Notes under the pieces: generated by a model
Database searches by the model: none
What the model saw: the letters and a program-made list of their open reading frames with translations, nothing else
Told to the model about the DNA's origin: nothing
Source of the DNA: an uncultured Candidatus Nemicrothrix sp.
GTDB lineage: Bacteria; Actinomycetota; Acidimicrobiia; Acidimicrobiales; MedAcidi-G1
Length of the DNA stretch: 64,000 nucleotides
Assembly (NCBI GenBank): GCA_964344855.1
Contig: CAYFOV010000009.1
Coordinates: forward strand, 28,235-92,234
Reading direction: 5' to 3'
Position numbers and translations under genes: made by a program
Shown here: one piece after another, positions 8,764 through 19,497 of the stretch
Numbering within the stretch: position 1 is the first letter of the stretch
How the letters are laid out: every line of letters starts with the position of its first letter

Positions 8764-9587
8764 GACACCACCCCGACCCCGCCGGCGGCCGGCGCCCTCC
8801 CGGCCATCACGTTGTCGAGGGCGAACAGGGCGGCACCCAGGGCCCCCATGTAGTGGCAGTCGTCGCTGATGTTGAGCGGCCTGCCGAGCCTGTCGCCGAG
8901 GGCCCTGACCATGCCCACGTTCCGGGAGACGCCCCCCGTGAAGGTGACCTCGTCCTCGATCCCCACGCGGCGCATGAGGGCCACGGAACGTGAGGCGATG
9001 GAGGTGTGCACCCCCCAGAGGATGTCCTCGATCCGCTTGCCCTTGCCGATCCACGCCAGCACCTCGGACTCGGCGAAGACCGTGCACGTGGTGCTGATCT
9101 TGACGGGCTTGGTGCTCTCCAGGGAGACCGGTCCGAGCCGGTCGAGGGGGATGTCCAGGGCGGAGGCCGCAGCGCCGAGGAAGCGGCCGGTCCCGGCAGC
9201 GCACTTGTCGTTCATGCAGAAGTCCACGATCTCGCCGTCGGCGCTGACGGAGATGGCCTTGGTGTCCTGGCCCCCCATGTCCACGACGGTCCGGGTGCCG
9301 GGGAAGAGGTGGACGGCGCCGCGGCCGTGGCAGCTGATCTCGGTCACCTGGCTGTTGCCGAACGTGACCCGGAACCGCCCATACCCGGTCCCCACGACGT
9401 ACTCCACCTCCTCCTCGTCGATGCCGCCCTGCCTGAGGGCCTCGACGTAGGAGGCCTCGGCCGCCTGGATCACGTTCGCACCGGTGTCCATGAGCGAACG
9501 GCCGACGATCCGGCGCGCCTCGTCGACGACCACGGCCTTGGTCTGGGTCGAGCCGACGTCTACGCCTGCTGCGTACGCCATCGCCAC
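8760..9587 (-). CDS. bzdP: BadF/BadG/BcrA/BcrD-type ATPase subunit of benzoyl-CoA reductase (bzd-type; P assigned by gene order only)
   Basis: [25 protein letters not shown] and [10 protein letters not shown] motifs. 275 aa. Lies 5 nt downstream of the bzdO-like gene. Confidence 0.7.
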   Translation of the reverse strand: MAMAYAAGVDVGSTQTKAVVVDEARRIVGRSLMDTGANVIQAAEASYVEALRQGGIDEEEVEYVVGTGYGRFRVTFGNSQVTEISCHGRGAVHLFPGTRTVVDMGGQDTKAISVSADGEIVDFCMNDKCAAGTGRFLGAAASALDIPLDRLGPVSLESTKPVKISTTCTVFAESEVLAWIGKGKRIEDILWGVHTSIASRSVALMRRVGIEDEVTFTGGVSRNVGMVRALGDRLGRPLNISDDCHYMGALGAALFALDNVMAGRAPAAGGVGVVS

Positions 9588-9591
9588 CTCC

Positions 9592-10896
9592 TCACCCGGG
9601 AGCCCCGGCGAGGGCCTGCTGGCGGCGCGAGGCCAGGCCCTCGAAGAAGGCGTCGATCCGGTTCTTCATCTGCGCCTCGGAGACGACCCGCCGGTCCATC
9701 ATGTCGGACTCGATGAACAGGCTGGGGATGCCGACCTTCTCCGTGAGGTGCCGCCTGCCGTCGGCCAGGCCGGTCGACACCGTGCGGCAGCTCTTGATCG
9801 GGTGGTAGATGACGCCGTCGGCGTCGAACTCGGCGATCATCTCCTCGAGGACGTCGCCCTGGTGGAACATGGAGTCCATGGCGTCGCGGACCGAGACCAG
9901 CATCCCCTCGGCCAGGCTCGCCAGCGGGTCTCCCAGGTCGTACTCGAAGCCCCGGTTGGTTCCGCCCGAGGCGAACCAGAGGTAGGTGGAGTTGACGAAG
10001 GTGGCGTCCCACTCGCTGAACAGCTCGTTGAACCGGCGGAAGATCGGGTAGCAGGGGACACCCACGAAGAGCAGCCGGTACACCTCCTCTGTGGTCTGGC
10101 CGATCCCGTTTCGGGCCTTGTACTCCATCTCCTCGACCAGCCGCTCGAAGTAGGCGGACCCCTCGGCGGTCCCCCTGAAGCCATTGGCGACGCCGAGGAA
10201 GATCGTCCCGTCGGTCACGGCGTTGAATGGCGAGGGCCTGGCGCAGTTCAACTCCAGCACCTGGTTCCAGCAGCGGCTCATGGTGTTGGCGTGCCCCAGC
10301 ACCTCGCGGAACCGGTCCACGTCGAAGGGGATGCCGGTGACCTCCTCGCAGAGCCCTATGAGCTCGCGCAGCTGCACCTCCACGTAGCGGCGGTCGGCCT
10401 CGAAGTCATCGTCCCCCCTCCAGGTCTGCCCTCCGCCCTGGCGCGTACCCGGCACGTCGATGGTGAAGACGGGCACCCCGTGCATTCGCTCCCAGATCTC
10501 GGCCCACTTGATGTAGGTGTTGCAGGCGTTCGTCAGCACCACGACTCCCGGTGGCGGGATCCGGCCCATCGGGTGCTGGCCGCCCCTGAGCTGGACGGCC
10601 ACGTCCGCTTTCACGTAGCCGCAGATGTCGGGGGAGTAGCCGTAGTCCTCAGCCTCCTCCAGGTACTCGTGGGCGACCCGGCGGACGGCCGTCTGCAGCG
10701 AGTTGATCTCGGGGAACACGACCGGGAGGTCGAAGGTCTTGAGGATCTCGTTGGTGCTGCCCATCACGAACACGTAGGCAGCGGGCCCGCCCTCGGCGGC
10801 GACCCGGTCCAGGTCCGTGAACCAGTCGCGGAACATGGCGGCGCCCTCGTGGTTGCCCCTGCCGACCAGGCTTCCGTCTCGGGCTTCAGTTGGCAT
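9592..10896 (-). CDS. bzdO: Benzoyl-CoA reductase / 2-hydroxyacyl-CoA dehydratase family catalytic subunit (BcrB/BzdO-like)
   Basis: 434 aa of the BcrB/HgdA-type family ([24 protein letters not shown].., [20 protein letters not shown]). AGGAGG lies 6 nt upstream of ATG 10896. Confidence 0.7.
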   Translation of the reverse strand: MPTEARDGSLVGRGNHEGAAMFRDWFTDLDRVAAEGGPAAYVFVMGSTNEILKTFDLPVVFPEINSLQTAVRRVAHEYLEEAEDYGYSPDICGYVKADVAVQLRGGQHPMGRIPPPGVVVLTNACNTYIKWAEIWERMHGVPVFTIDVPGTRQGGGQTWRGDDDFEADRRYVEVQLRELIGLCEEVTGIPFDVDRFREVLGHANTMSRCWNQVLELNCARPSPFNAVTDGTIFLGVANGFRGTAEGSAYFERLVEEMEYKARNGIGQTTEEVYRLLFVGVPCYPIFRRFNELFSEWDATFVNSTYLWFASGGTNRGFEYDLGDPLASLAEGMLVSVRDAMDSMFHQGDVLEEMIAEFDADGVIYHPIKSCRTVSTGLADGRRHLTEKVGIPSLFIESDMMDRRVVSEAQMKNRIDAFFEGLASRRQQALAGAPG

Positions 10897-10993
10897 GGCA
10901 GCCTCCTGCCTGCTCGCGCCCGCCGGCTGCCCCGAGGCACTGCTGCGCCCTGGTAGCCGAACGGGAGGACGAACACGGCTCCCGCATGTAGGC

Positions 10994-11098
10994 CCCTGTG
11001 CGATGAGTCCCCGTGCGATGAGTCCCCGTTCGATGAGTCCCCGTGCGAACAGTCCTGGTTCGATGACTTCCCATGCGATGGGCCCTCATGCGAACAGC
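10994..11098. repeat. 15-bp tandem repeat, about 7 units (plus-strand consensus CCCCGTGCGATGAGT), in the bzdN-bzdO spacer
   Basis: Direct reading shows units at 10994, 11009, 11024, 11039, 11054, 11069 and 11084. The three central units are near-identical and the outer ones are degenerate. The last unit contains the bzdN stop codon. Confidence 0.85.
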
Positions 11099-12282
11099 AG
11101 GTGCTCGACGAAGGTCTCGACCTGGAGCTCCAGCTGGCTGAACGAGGTCATGTTCTCCTCGAACTCGCTCACGAAGTAGGCCACGCCCTCCTCGTCGAGG
11201 GCGTGGGTGTATGCCACCTGCTCCTCCAGGCCGGGTTCGCACATCTTGGCGGCGGCCAGGATTGCTGCGTCCGCCCTGGCCTCTCTGATCCGGTCCAGGA
11301 GCATCTTCTCCTTGGGCTTGCGCAGGTCGTGTTGCACCGGGCTGTAGGACGAGCGCTCGATGTAGGCCTCGGCCAGGTTGGTGAGGGGGTCGCCGGCCGT
11401 GGGGACGTCCTCGGTCAGCCACCTCAGGCCGATCAGGAGGTCGTCGTCCACGACGTAGGAGGCCCGTCCGAGCATGCGTACCAGGTCGAACGGCGGCTGC
11501 TCGCAGAACCCGCCCTCGAACACGATCCGGATGCGGTCCTCGGGCCTCCGCCGGCGCCGGCGGACCTGGGGCAGCAGCGTGGCAAGGAGCTGGTTGTGCT
11601 CCTCCCGGGGGATCATCCCGGCCAGGGCCACCAGCGCGAAGGCGTCCTCGGCGTCGATCAGCCATGGGGTCTCGCGCTTGATGTCGTAGAGCTCCCGGAG
11701 GAGCCGCCTGTTCTCGTTGAACACGCGGATCGAGGAGCGCAGGTCGTCGTCGCCGACCTCCGTACCGGCCACCTCCTCGACGACCCTGCGCATCCGGTCG
11801 TACTCGTGTCGCAGGTACTCGAGGCTGCCCGCCGAGTTGGGGTTCTGTGGCAGGTAGAGGATCTGGCACGGGTAGTCGAAGTTGCGGCCCCAGATGGCGG
11901 CCAGGTTCCGGGCCGCGTCACAGATCGGGTGGGAGACGAACAGGTCCAGGCGGACCTGTTCGCTGAGCGCCAACTCCAGGGAGGTCTTGAGGATCGAGCA
12001 GAGGTAGGAGCCGAAGTGCGAGTCGGCCACGTTGGGCTCGACGGGCGCTCCCCTCACCTTGAACGGGAGCATCCCGGCTGCGTGGACGATCTCCTCCGGG
12101 AAGGCCACCTGGAAGTGGCCGGCGACCTTCCCGCCGGCGTCCCGCCAGCGCGCCACGGTCTCGAACTCGGGGGACTCGACCATTTCCCGGCACTCGAGCA
12201 GGGCGTCGTCGAGGGGCTTGTCGCGCCATTCGGGGAAGACCAGGGTGGTGGGGGCCGCTGCGGGGGCGGTCGCGGTGCTCAT
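11086..12282 (-). CDS. bzdN: Benzoyl-CoA reductase / 2-hydroxyacyl-CoA dehydratase family subunit (BcrC/BadD/BzdN-like)
   Basis: 398 aa (GHFQVAFPEEIVHAAGMLPFKV, ICDAARN, AKMCEPG). ATG 12282 overlaps the TetR stop (ATGA). First gene of the four-gene reductase operon. Confidence 0.7.
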   Translation of the reverse strand: MSTATAPAAAPTTLVFPEWRDKPLDDALLECREMVESPEFETVARWRDAGGKVAGHFQVAFPEEIVHAAGMLPFKVRGAPVEPNVADSHFGSYLCSILKTSLELALSEQVRLDLFVSHPICDAARNLAAIWGRNFDYPCQILYLPQNPNSAGSLEYLRHEYDRMRRVVEEVAGTEVGDDDLRSSIRVFNENRRLLRELYDIKRETPWLIDAEDAFALVALAGMIPREEHNQLLATLLPQVRRRRRRPEDRIRIVFEGGFCEQPPFDLVRMLGRASYVVDDDLLIGLRWLTEDVPTAGDPLTNLAEAYIERSSYSPVQHDLRKPKEKMLLDRIREARADAAILAAAKMCEPGLEEQVAYTHALDEEGVAYFVSEFEENMTSFSQLELQVETFVEHLLFA

Positions 12283-12923
12283 CGGGAGGCCACACCGTCG
12301 GAGCCGGCCCCGTCGAAGAAGAGGTCCATGACCTGTTCCAGTTGGGCGTCGGTCCCCTGGAGGGTGTCGGCGGCATAGCGCCCTATCACCACCTCGACCA
12401 GCGCCACGAACGACCACGAGAGGATCCGGGGGTCCCGGTCCACGACCTCTCCTGCGGCTATCCCGTCACGGAGGATCTCCTCGATGAGCTCGGGCAGCGC
12501 ATGCTGGTATGCGCTGATGAGGTTCTCGCGTTCCTCTCCCCTGAAGGTGTTGATGTCCCGGCGCACCAGGTGGGTCAGCTCGCGCTCCTCGAAGGGAAGT
12601 TCCAGGTAGTCCCTCGTCAGTTGGGCCAGGCGCTCCCTGGCCGTTCCCTCCATGGCCACGGCCCGGCTGAAGAGCTCGTGCTTGTTCTGGAAGTCGGCGA
12701 GCATCATGGAGGTGTAGAGGTCCTCCTTGCTGGCGAAGTGGTGGTAGAGGCCCCCCTTGGTGACCTCGGCCGCCCGGGCGATCATGTCGGTGGTGACGTC
12801 GGCGTAGCTGCGGGTGACGAAGAGGCCCCTGGCAGCCTCCAGGATCCTGGCCGATGTGGCCTCGGACCTGCTCGGAGGATCGGCTGGCATGTTGGCCCTC
12901 GTGTCTCTTGTTGGTGACGTCAT
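12279..12923 (-). CDS. TetR/AcrR family transcriptional regulator
   Basis: N-terminal HTH (ILEAARGLFVTRSYADVTTDMIARAAEVTKGGLYHHFASKEDLY). Its stop overlaps the bzdN start. ATG 12890 is an alternative start. Confidence 0.8.
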   Translation of the reverse strand: MTSPTRDTRANMPADPPSRSEATSARILEAARGLFVTRSYADVTTDMIARAAEVTKGGLYHHFASKEDLYTSMMLADFQNKHELFSRAVAMEGTARERLAQLTRDYLELPFEERELTHLVRRDINTFRGEERENLISAYQHALPELIEEILRDGIAAGEVVDRDPRILSWSFVALVEVVIGRYAADTLQGTDAQLEQVMDLFFDGAGSDGVASR

Positions 12924-12945
12924 GGCGACCTTGGCAGCCTTGCAA

Positions 12946-12959
12946 ACCGACCGGTCGGT
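12946..12959. promoter_or_regulatory. Perfect 14-bp palindrome ACCGACCGGTCGGT; candidate TetR operator in a divergent promoter region
   Basis: Self-complementary when read on both strands. Lies 23 nt upstream of the tetR ATG (12923) and 77 nt upstream of the hemerythrin GTG (13036). Confidence 0.45.
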
Positions 12960-13035
12960 ATGTATGGTAGGCGTCCATGCGGGCGGCGTCAAGCACGAAC
13001 TCGGGTGACGGGCCGGGTGGCGTGCCGGGTGACGG

Positions 13036-13587
13036 GTGAGCGCCACCTCGGTGCTCAGGGAGGAGCACCAGGTGATCCTGGGCGTGGCCGGGTCGCTGGA
13101 GCGGCTGGTGGCAGGGGACCCCGACAAGGCCGACCTGGAAGCCCTGTCGGCATGCGTGACCTTCATCCGGCTGTACGCCGACGCCTGCCACCACGCCAAG
13201 GAGGAGGACCTTCTCTTCCCGGCCCTGGCCGACCGCGGCCTCCCGTCCGGGGCCGGCCCCGTTGCGGTGATGCTGGCCGAGCACGAACAGGGTCGGGCCC
13301 TCACGCGTGGGATGGCGGGAGCGCTGGAGCGACTCGGGGCGGGAGATGGTGGGGCGTACGCGGACCTGAGGGCCGCCGCCGTGGCCTTCGTGGACCTGAT
13401 TACGGGTCACATAGCCAAGGAGGACGGGATCCTGTTCAACATGGCCGACAGGCTGATCGGGGAGGCGGCCTGCCAATCCCTCACCGACAGCTACGCGGCC
13501 CTGGCGGGCGCCAGGTTCGAGGGCTACTCGAAGCAGGACCTGGAGGCCCTGGCAGGCGAGATCGCGGCGGCGGCAGCAGCCTGCTAG
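13036..13587 (+). CDS. Hemerythrin domain-containing protein
   Basis: Hemerythrin-like His/Glu pattern (LREEHQVI, ADACHHAKEEDLLFP, MLAEHEQG, HIAKEDGILF). 183 aa. Confidence 0.7.
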   Translation: MSATSVLREEHQVILGVAGSLERLVAGDPDKADLEALSACVTFIRLYADACHHAKEEDLLFPALADRGLPSGAGPVAVMLAEHEQGRALTRGMAGALERLGAGDGGAYADLRAAAVAFVDLITGHIAKEDGILFNMADRLIGEAACQSLTDSYAALAGARFEGYSKQDLEALAGEIAAAAAAC

Positions 13588-13646
13588 GATCTCGGTCGGA
13601 TGGCAGTCCGGGCCCACATCGCCCGGGGTGAAGGGAGGCGCCGGCA

Positions 13647-14204
13647 GTGACCGACTTTGAACCGGCCCCGCCGCCGGAGAGCATTACAGGCGCCGGGACG
13701 GGCGCGGGAGCAGACGCCGACCCCATGGATGTCTCGGGGGCCCCCGTCCCCGCCGGCTGGTGGCGGCGCGGCAAGGCGCTGATCATCGATGTCCTCATCT
13801 GGTTCGCGGCCGAGCTGATCCCCGCTGCCATGGCCGTCGTGGGCCTGGCCTTCGCCCTTGACGCCGGGTCCGACGACTCGGTTGTGGCGGTGGGCTGGGT
13901 GCTCTTCGGCATCGGCGCCCTGGCCTCCCTGGCCGTCGCCGTCTGGGCCGGCTGGAAGTTCGGCTGGCGTCAGGGCGTCACCGGGACGACCCCCGGCAAG
14001 CGCAGGCTGGGAATCCGCCTCATCGACATCGGCACCGGCCAGGCCCCGGGGGGTGCGAGGGGGCTGGGCCGCTGGCTGGTGCCCGGGCTGATCGACAGCG
14101 TGGCCAACGTCTACTCCCTGATCGACCTGCTCTGGCCCATCTGGGACGACCGCAACCAGCGCGTCACCGACAAGATGTTCAAGACCCAGGTGGTCGAGGC
14201 CTGA
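13647..14204 (+). CDS. RDD family membrane protein
   Basis: WWRRGKALIIDVLI.., two or three hydrophobic segments, and the RLGIRLID.. and WDDRNQRVTDK blocks typical of the RDD domain. GAAGGGAGG lies upstream of the GTG start. Confidence 0.65.
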   Translation: MTDFEPAPPPESITGAGTGAGADADPMDVSGAPVPAGWWRRGKALIIDVLIWFAAELIPAAMAVVGLAFALDAGSDDSVVAVGWVLFGIGALASLAVAVWAGWKFGWRQGVTGTTPGKRRLGIRLIDIGTGQAPGGARGLGRWLVPGLIDSVANVYSLIDLLWPIWDDRNQRVTDKMFKTQVVEA

Positions 14205-14291
14205 GCCGCCTGGACCCTGGGGCCTGACTCCCGGGAAGGCGTGTCCAGGACCCAGGTGGTCGGGGCCTGATCTGGCTGGTCCCTGGGCCGG

Positions 14292-15251
14292 TCAGCCGGC
14301 CGTAGCCATGCAGGCGTCGTGCAGGTCGGCGCTGTCCATGTCCTGGGCCAGCCGGTCGACCACCGCCACCGCCTCCTCCCCGGTCAGGTCCTCTCGCTCT
14401 GCGAGGGCGCGGACGGCCTCCCTGAGCTCCCGCGGTGCGAGGCCCGGGACGAAGCTGAGGTACACCCAGGCGAAGGCGGGACCCACCCCCGGGACGCTTC
14501 CCTTCTTCTCCCTCACGGCCACCTCCCACATGAAGGTGTCGGGCCAGCCCTCGTCTGGCATTCCCCGGTAGTCCTCCCGGACCTTGAGGTAGGCACCCTC
14601 CTCGATCCGTTCCCTGTTCTGGGCCACTGAGCACCTGATGCTGCACGTGAGGAACCGGTCGGGCCTCTTCACCCACGATCCGCATTGACAGCAGCGGCCG
14701 GCCACGTCGTTCCCGGGTAGGCCGGCCGCCTCTCGGAGCCAGCCGACGGGCTCCTCGCACGCCATCCTGTCGCGCGTCGCCTCGTCCAGGGCGGCGTTGC
14801 GCAGGGCGGCCTGGCGTACCTCGACCCACGGATCGTCGGCCAGGCGGTCCAAGAGGTCGGGCGGGCAGGTCTCGTGGAGGGCCAGGATGCGGCGGGCGGT
14901 CGGGTTGGGATGGCCTGTCCACCACGGAAGCTCCCTCCGGTCGGTCGTCCACAGCCGCTCCTCGAGGTCGAGAAGGCCGCCGAAGGGCCTGAACGGGTCG
15001 CGCCTCTGGCGTTCCGGGCGTCCGCGGGTGGCCATCGAGTTGGACCACATGTCACGGACGATCGAGCGGGCCACCTCAACGGTGCGCAGGTACTCCTCGA
15101 CCTCGGGGACCGGGTGCGGGCGGGGCGGCCCCGGTGGGCCGTCGGGGCCGTGGAATGGGAGGGGGTACGAGGTGGTCTCGTCTTCCTCCACGAGGTCGTC
15201 GTCGCCGGCCGCGTCTGGCCCGTGGAAGGGGTCGGTGTTGGTGGTTGCCAT
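14292..15251 (-). CDS. Hypothetical protein with LRV/HEAT-like repeats and a Cys-rich zinc-ribbon-like segment
   Basis: 319 aa high-GC3 ORF. Has HPNPTARRILALHETCPPDLLDRLADDPWVEVRQAALRN repeats and CCQCGSW..CSIRC. No confident family assignment. Confidence 0.45.
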   Translation of the reverse strand: MATTNTDPFHGPDAAGDDDLVEEDETTSYPLPFHGPDGPPGPPRPHPVPEVEEYLRTVEVARSIVRDMWSNSMATRGRPERQRRDPFRPFGGLLDLEERLWTTDRRELPWWTGHPNPTARRILALHETCPPDLLDRLADDPWVEVRQAALRNAALDEATRDRMACEEPVGWLREAAGLPGNDVAGRCCQCGSWVKRPDRFLTCSIRCSVAQNRERIEEGAYLKVREDYRGMPDEGWPDTFMWEVAVREKKGSVPGVGPAFAWVYLSFVPGLAPRELREAVRALAEREDLTGEEAVAVVDRLAQDMDSADLHDACMATAG

Positions 15252-15376
15252 GGTGTGCTCCTCATCGAACCTGGCGGAACCACCGTGCCCTTCTCGGGTC
15301 GGTTGGCGGATCGTCGCAGGGCCAGGTCCCTCGGATCCTCTTGATGAGACACCCCGAACGTACCACCGGGCTGTGA

Positions 15377-15394
15377 CAGCCGCCCGGGCGGCTG
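15377..15394 (-). terminator. 18-nt perfect palindrome CAGCCGCCCGGGCGGCTG just downstream of the clpB stop; candidate terminator hairpin
   Basis: Begins about 11 nt after the clpB stop codon. No U-tract follows it. Confidence 0.35.
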
Positions 15395-15404
15395 GCGCCG
15401 GGGA

Positions 15405-17882
<2,478 letters not shown>

Positions 17883-17931
17883 GCTCGCCACCTCCGCTGG
17901 TGCTGGTCAAGCGCTATACGCTCATAAATGC

Positions 17932-17948
17932 TGATACGTAGTATATCA
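17932..17948. promoter_or_regulatory. Inverted repeat TGATA-N7-TATCA inside an AT-rich patch upstream of clpB
   Basis: Read directly. It sits in the only AT-rich stretch (about 17905-17955) of the 135-nt clpB upstream region. On the clpB strand there is TTGATA, a 17-nt spacer, then TATGAG. Confidence 0.3.
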
Positions 17949-18026
17949 ACTTATGGGAGGGCGTGGAAGGCCGCGGAGTGGTTGTGGGATGCCGGTCGGG
18001 TTGGTCGCCCGGTTGTACCGGTGGTG

Positions 18027-19340
18027 CTACCCGTTCACGGAGAACGAGGAATCAGGGTTGATCTCCCGGTTGCGCCGGTAGAAGCCCATGTCCATCTCCA
18101 GTCCGGTGTACACGCCGGTCACGACGACCGGGTCTGCGTCGTGGTCGTGGCCGTTCTCGACGGCGTGGATCAGCTCGGCCATGCAGTGGCCGGCCACCGG
18201 GGCGTTCTTGAACTGGTTGCCGCTGGATCCGATCGCCACGTAGAAGCCGTCCAGGTCGGTGCGGTCGTAGATCGGGATCCAGTCGTCCGACACGTCGTAG
18301 AGGTCCACGATGCCCTTCTTCTCGTTCGGCACCCCGAGGCTCGGCATCCGCCGGGCCAGGCGGAGCACCTGGGCGTTCCACTGCTCGTCTGACACGACGT
18401 TGTCGTAGTCGTCGGGGTCGTCCACCCAGACCTGCGGATCGCACGGTGGGTCCTCTGAACCGATCAGGATGTTGTTTCCCGACTCGGGCCTCACGTAGAT
18501 GGCAAGGTCCGAGTCCGATGTGTGGAGGCCCTCGCGCTCGAAGTCGATGCCGGCCGGTGACGGAACATGGTGCACCTCGTGCCGCAGTGCCTTCGTCTTG
18601 ATGTTCATCGAGTCGTAGACGCCCGCCATCTTGTTGATGACGAACGAGTGCGGTCCGGCCACGTTCACGACTACGGGGGTGTCGACCTCGGTGCCGTCGG
18701 CGAGCGTGATTCCGGCGACCCTTCCGCCGGCCTGGCGCACTGCGGTCACCTCGGCGCTGAACATGAACGTCCCGCCCTTGGCCTCGGCTGCCCGCTGAAG
18801 GTTGTGGGTGGCCAGCTGCGGGTCGCTCACGTAGCCCGAGTCGGGGGTGAAGAGGCCACCGACCAGTTCCCCCTCGGGATCGGCCCAGAAGCGGTCGTCC
18901 TCGGGCCGGGTCGGTTCACCGTGTGTCCCGTGCTCGAAGAACGGAACGCGCTCGGCCATCGTGGCGTTGCCCCAGACCTCATACGGCACGCCTACCTGGT
19001 CGAAGAGGGGGAGGACCTTCTCGTGGTGGCCTCCCTCCAGCATGAACAGCACGGTGCCGGACTGCATGTAGAGGGCGTGGCCGCGTTCGTCGTCGGCGTC
19101 CAGGTAGCCGGCCCAGTCCTTCCAGTAGCCGAAGCCCTCGTAGGCCATGGCCACGCCGTCATAGGTCGAGTAGTGGGCCCTCACGATGGCGCACGAGTTG
19201 CTGGTCGAGCCGTAGCCAGAGGCCGGCAGCTTGTCCACGTTGAGCGTCCGGTAGCCGCGCTTCGAGAGCTCGAAGGCGATGGCAGCGCCGATGATCCCGG
19301 CACCGACGACGATTGCGTCGTAGCGTCGACGCTCCTCCAT
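18027..19340 (-). CDS. FAD-dependent oxidoreductase (DAO / sarcosine oxidase beta-like family)
   Basis: YDAIVVGAGIIGAAIAFELSKRG dinucleotide fold at the N-terminus. 437 aa. Start set at ATG 19340. Confidence 0.7.
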   Translation of the reverse strand: MEERRRYDAIVVGAGIIGAAIAFELSKRGYRTLNVDKLPASGYGSTSNSCAIVRAHYSTYDGVAMAYEGFGYWKDWAGYLDADDERGHALYMQSGTVLFMLEGGHHEKVLPLFDQVGVPYEVWGNATMAERVPFFEHGTHGEPTRPEDDRFWADPEGELVGGLFTPDSGYVSDPQLATHNLQRAAEAKGGTFMFSAEVTAVRQAGGRVAGITLADGTEVDTPVVVNVAGPHSFVINKMAGVYDSMNIKTKALRHEVHHVPSPAGIDFEREGLHTSDSDLAIYVRPESGNNILIGSEDPPCDPQVWVDDPDDYDNVVSDEQWNAQVLRLARRMPSLGVPNEKKGIVDLYDVSDDWIPIYDRTDLDGFYVAIGSSGNQFKNAPVAGHCMAELIHAVENGHDHDADPVVVTGVYTGLEMDMGFYRRNREINPDSSFSVNG

Positions 19341-19476
19341 GGCCACCACCCCCGTCCGGGTCCCGTGTCCTGCACCGGGTTCCTGGGTAGGGGGCCCGGT
19401 AGTTCGCGGCGGGACGCTATCCAAGGGCGTCGCCCTCCGCCACGGGCATCCGCCATGCGGTACAGGCCACAGGTCG

Positions 19477-19495
19477 GCCGCAGGGGGCCTGCGGC
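19477..19495 (-). terminator. Hairpin GCCGCAGG-GGG-CCTGCGGC immediately after the lhgO stop; candidate terminator
   Basis: Perfect 8-bp stem located 2 nt downstream of the stop codon on the minus strand. No U-tract. Confidence 0.35.
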
Positions 19496-19497
19496 GG

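Noticed and set aside
10994-11098. The 15-bp array considered as a CRISPR-like locus.
   Set aside because: The units are contiguous with no spacers and are far shorter than CRISPR repeats. No cas genes are present.
10817-11179. Plus-strand ORF encoding MSPRAMSPRSMSPRANSPGSM.. across the bzdN-bzdO spacer.
   Set aside because: The peptide repeat is just the translation of the 15-bp DNA tandem array. The ORF overlaps both flanking reductase genes antisense and has no start context.
19341-19497. tRNA or small RNA in the 157-nt gap between lhgO and the FAD oxidoreductase.
   Set aside because: There is no T-loop GGTTCGAATCC-like element and no cloverleaf. Only a terminator-like hairpin was found, and it is reported as a feature.
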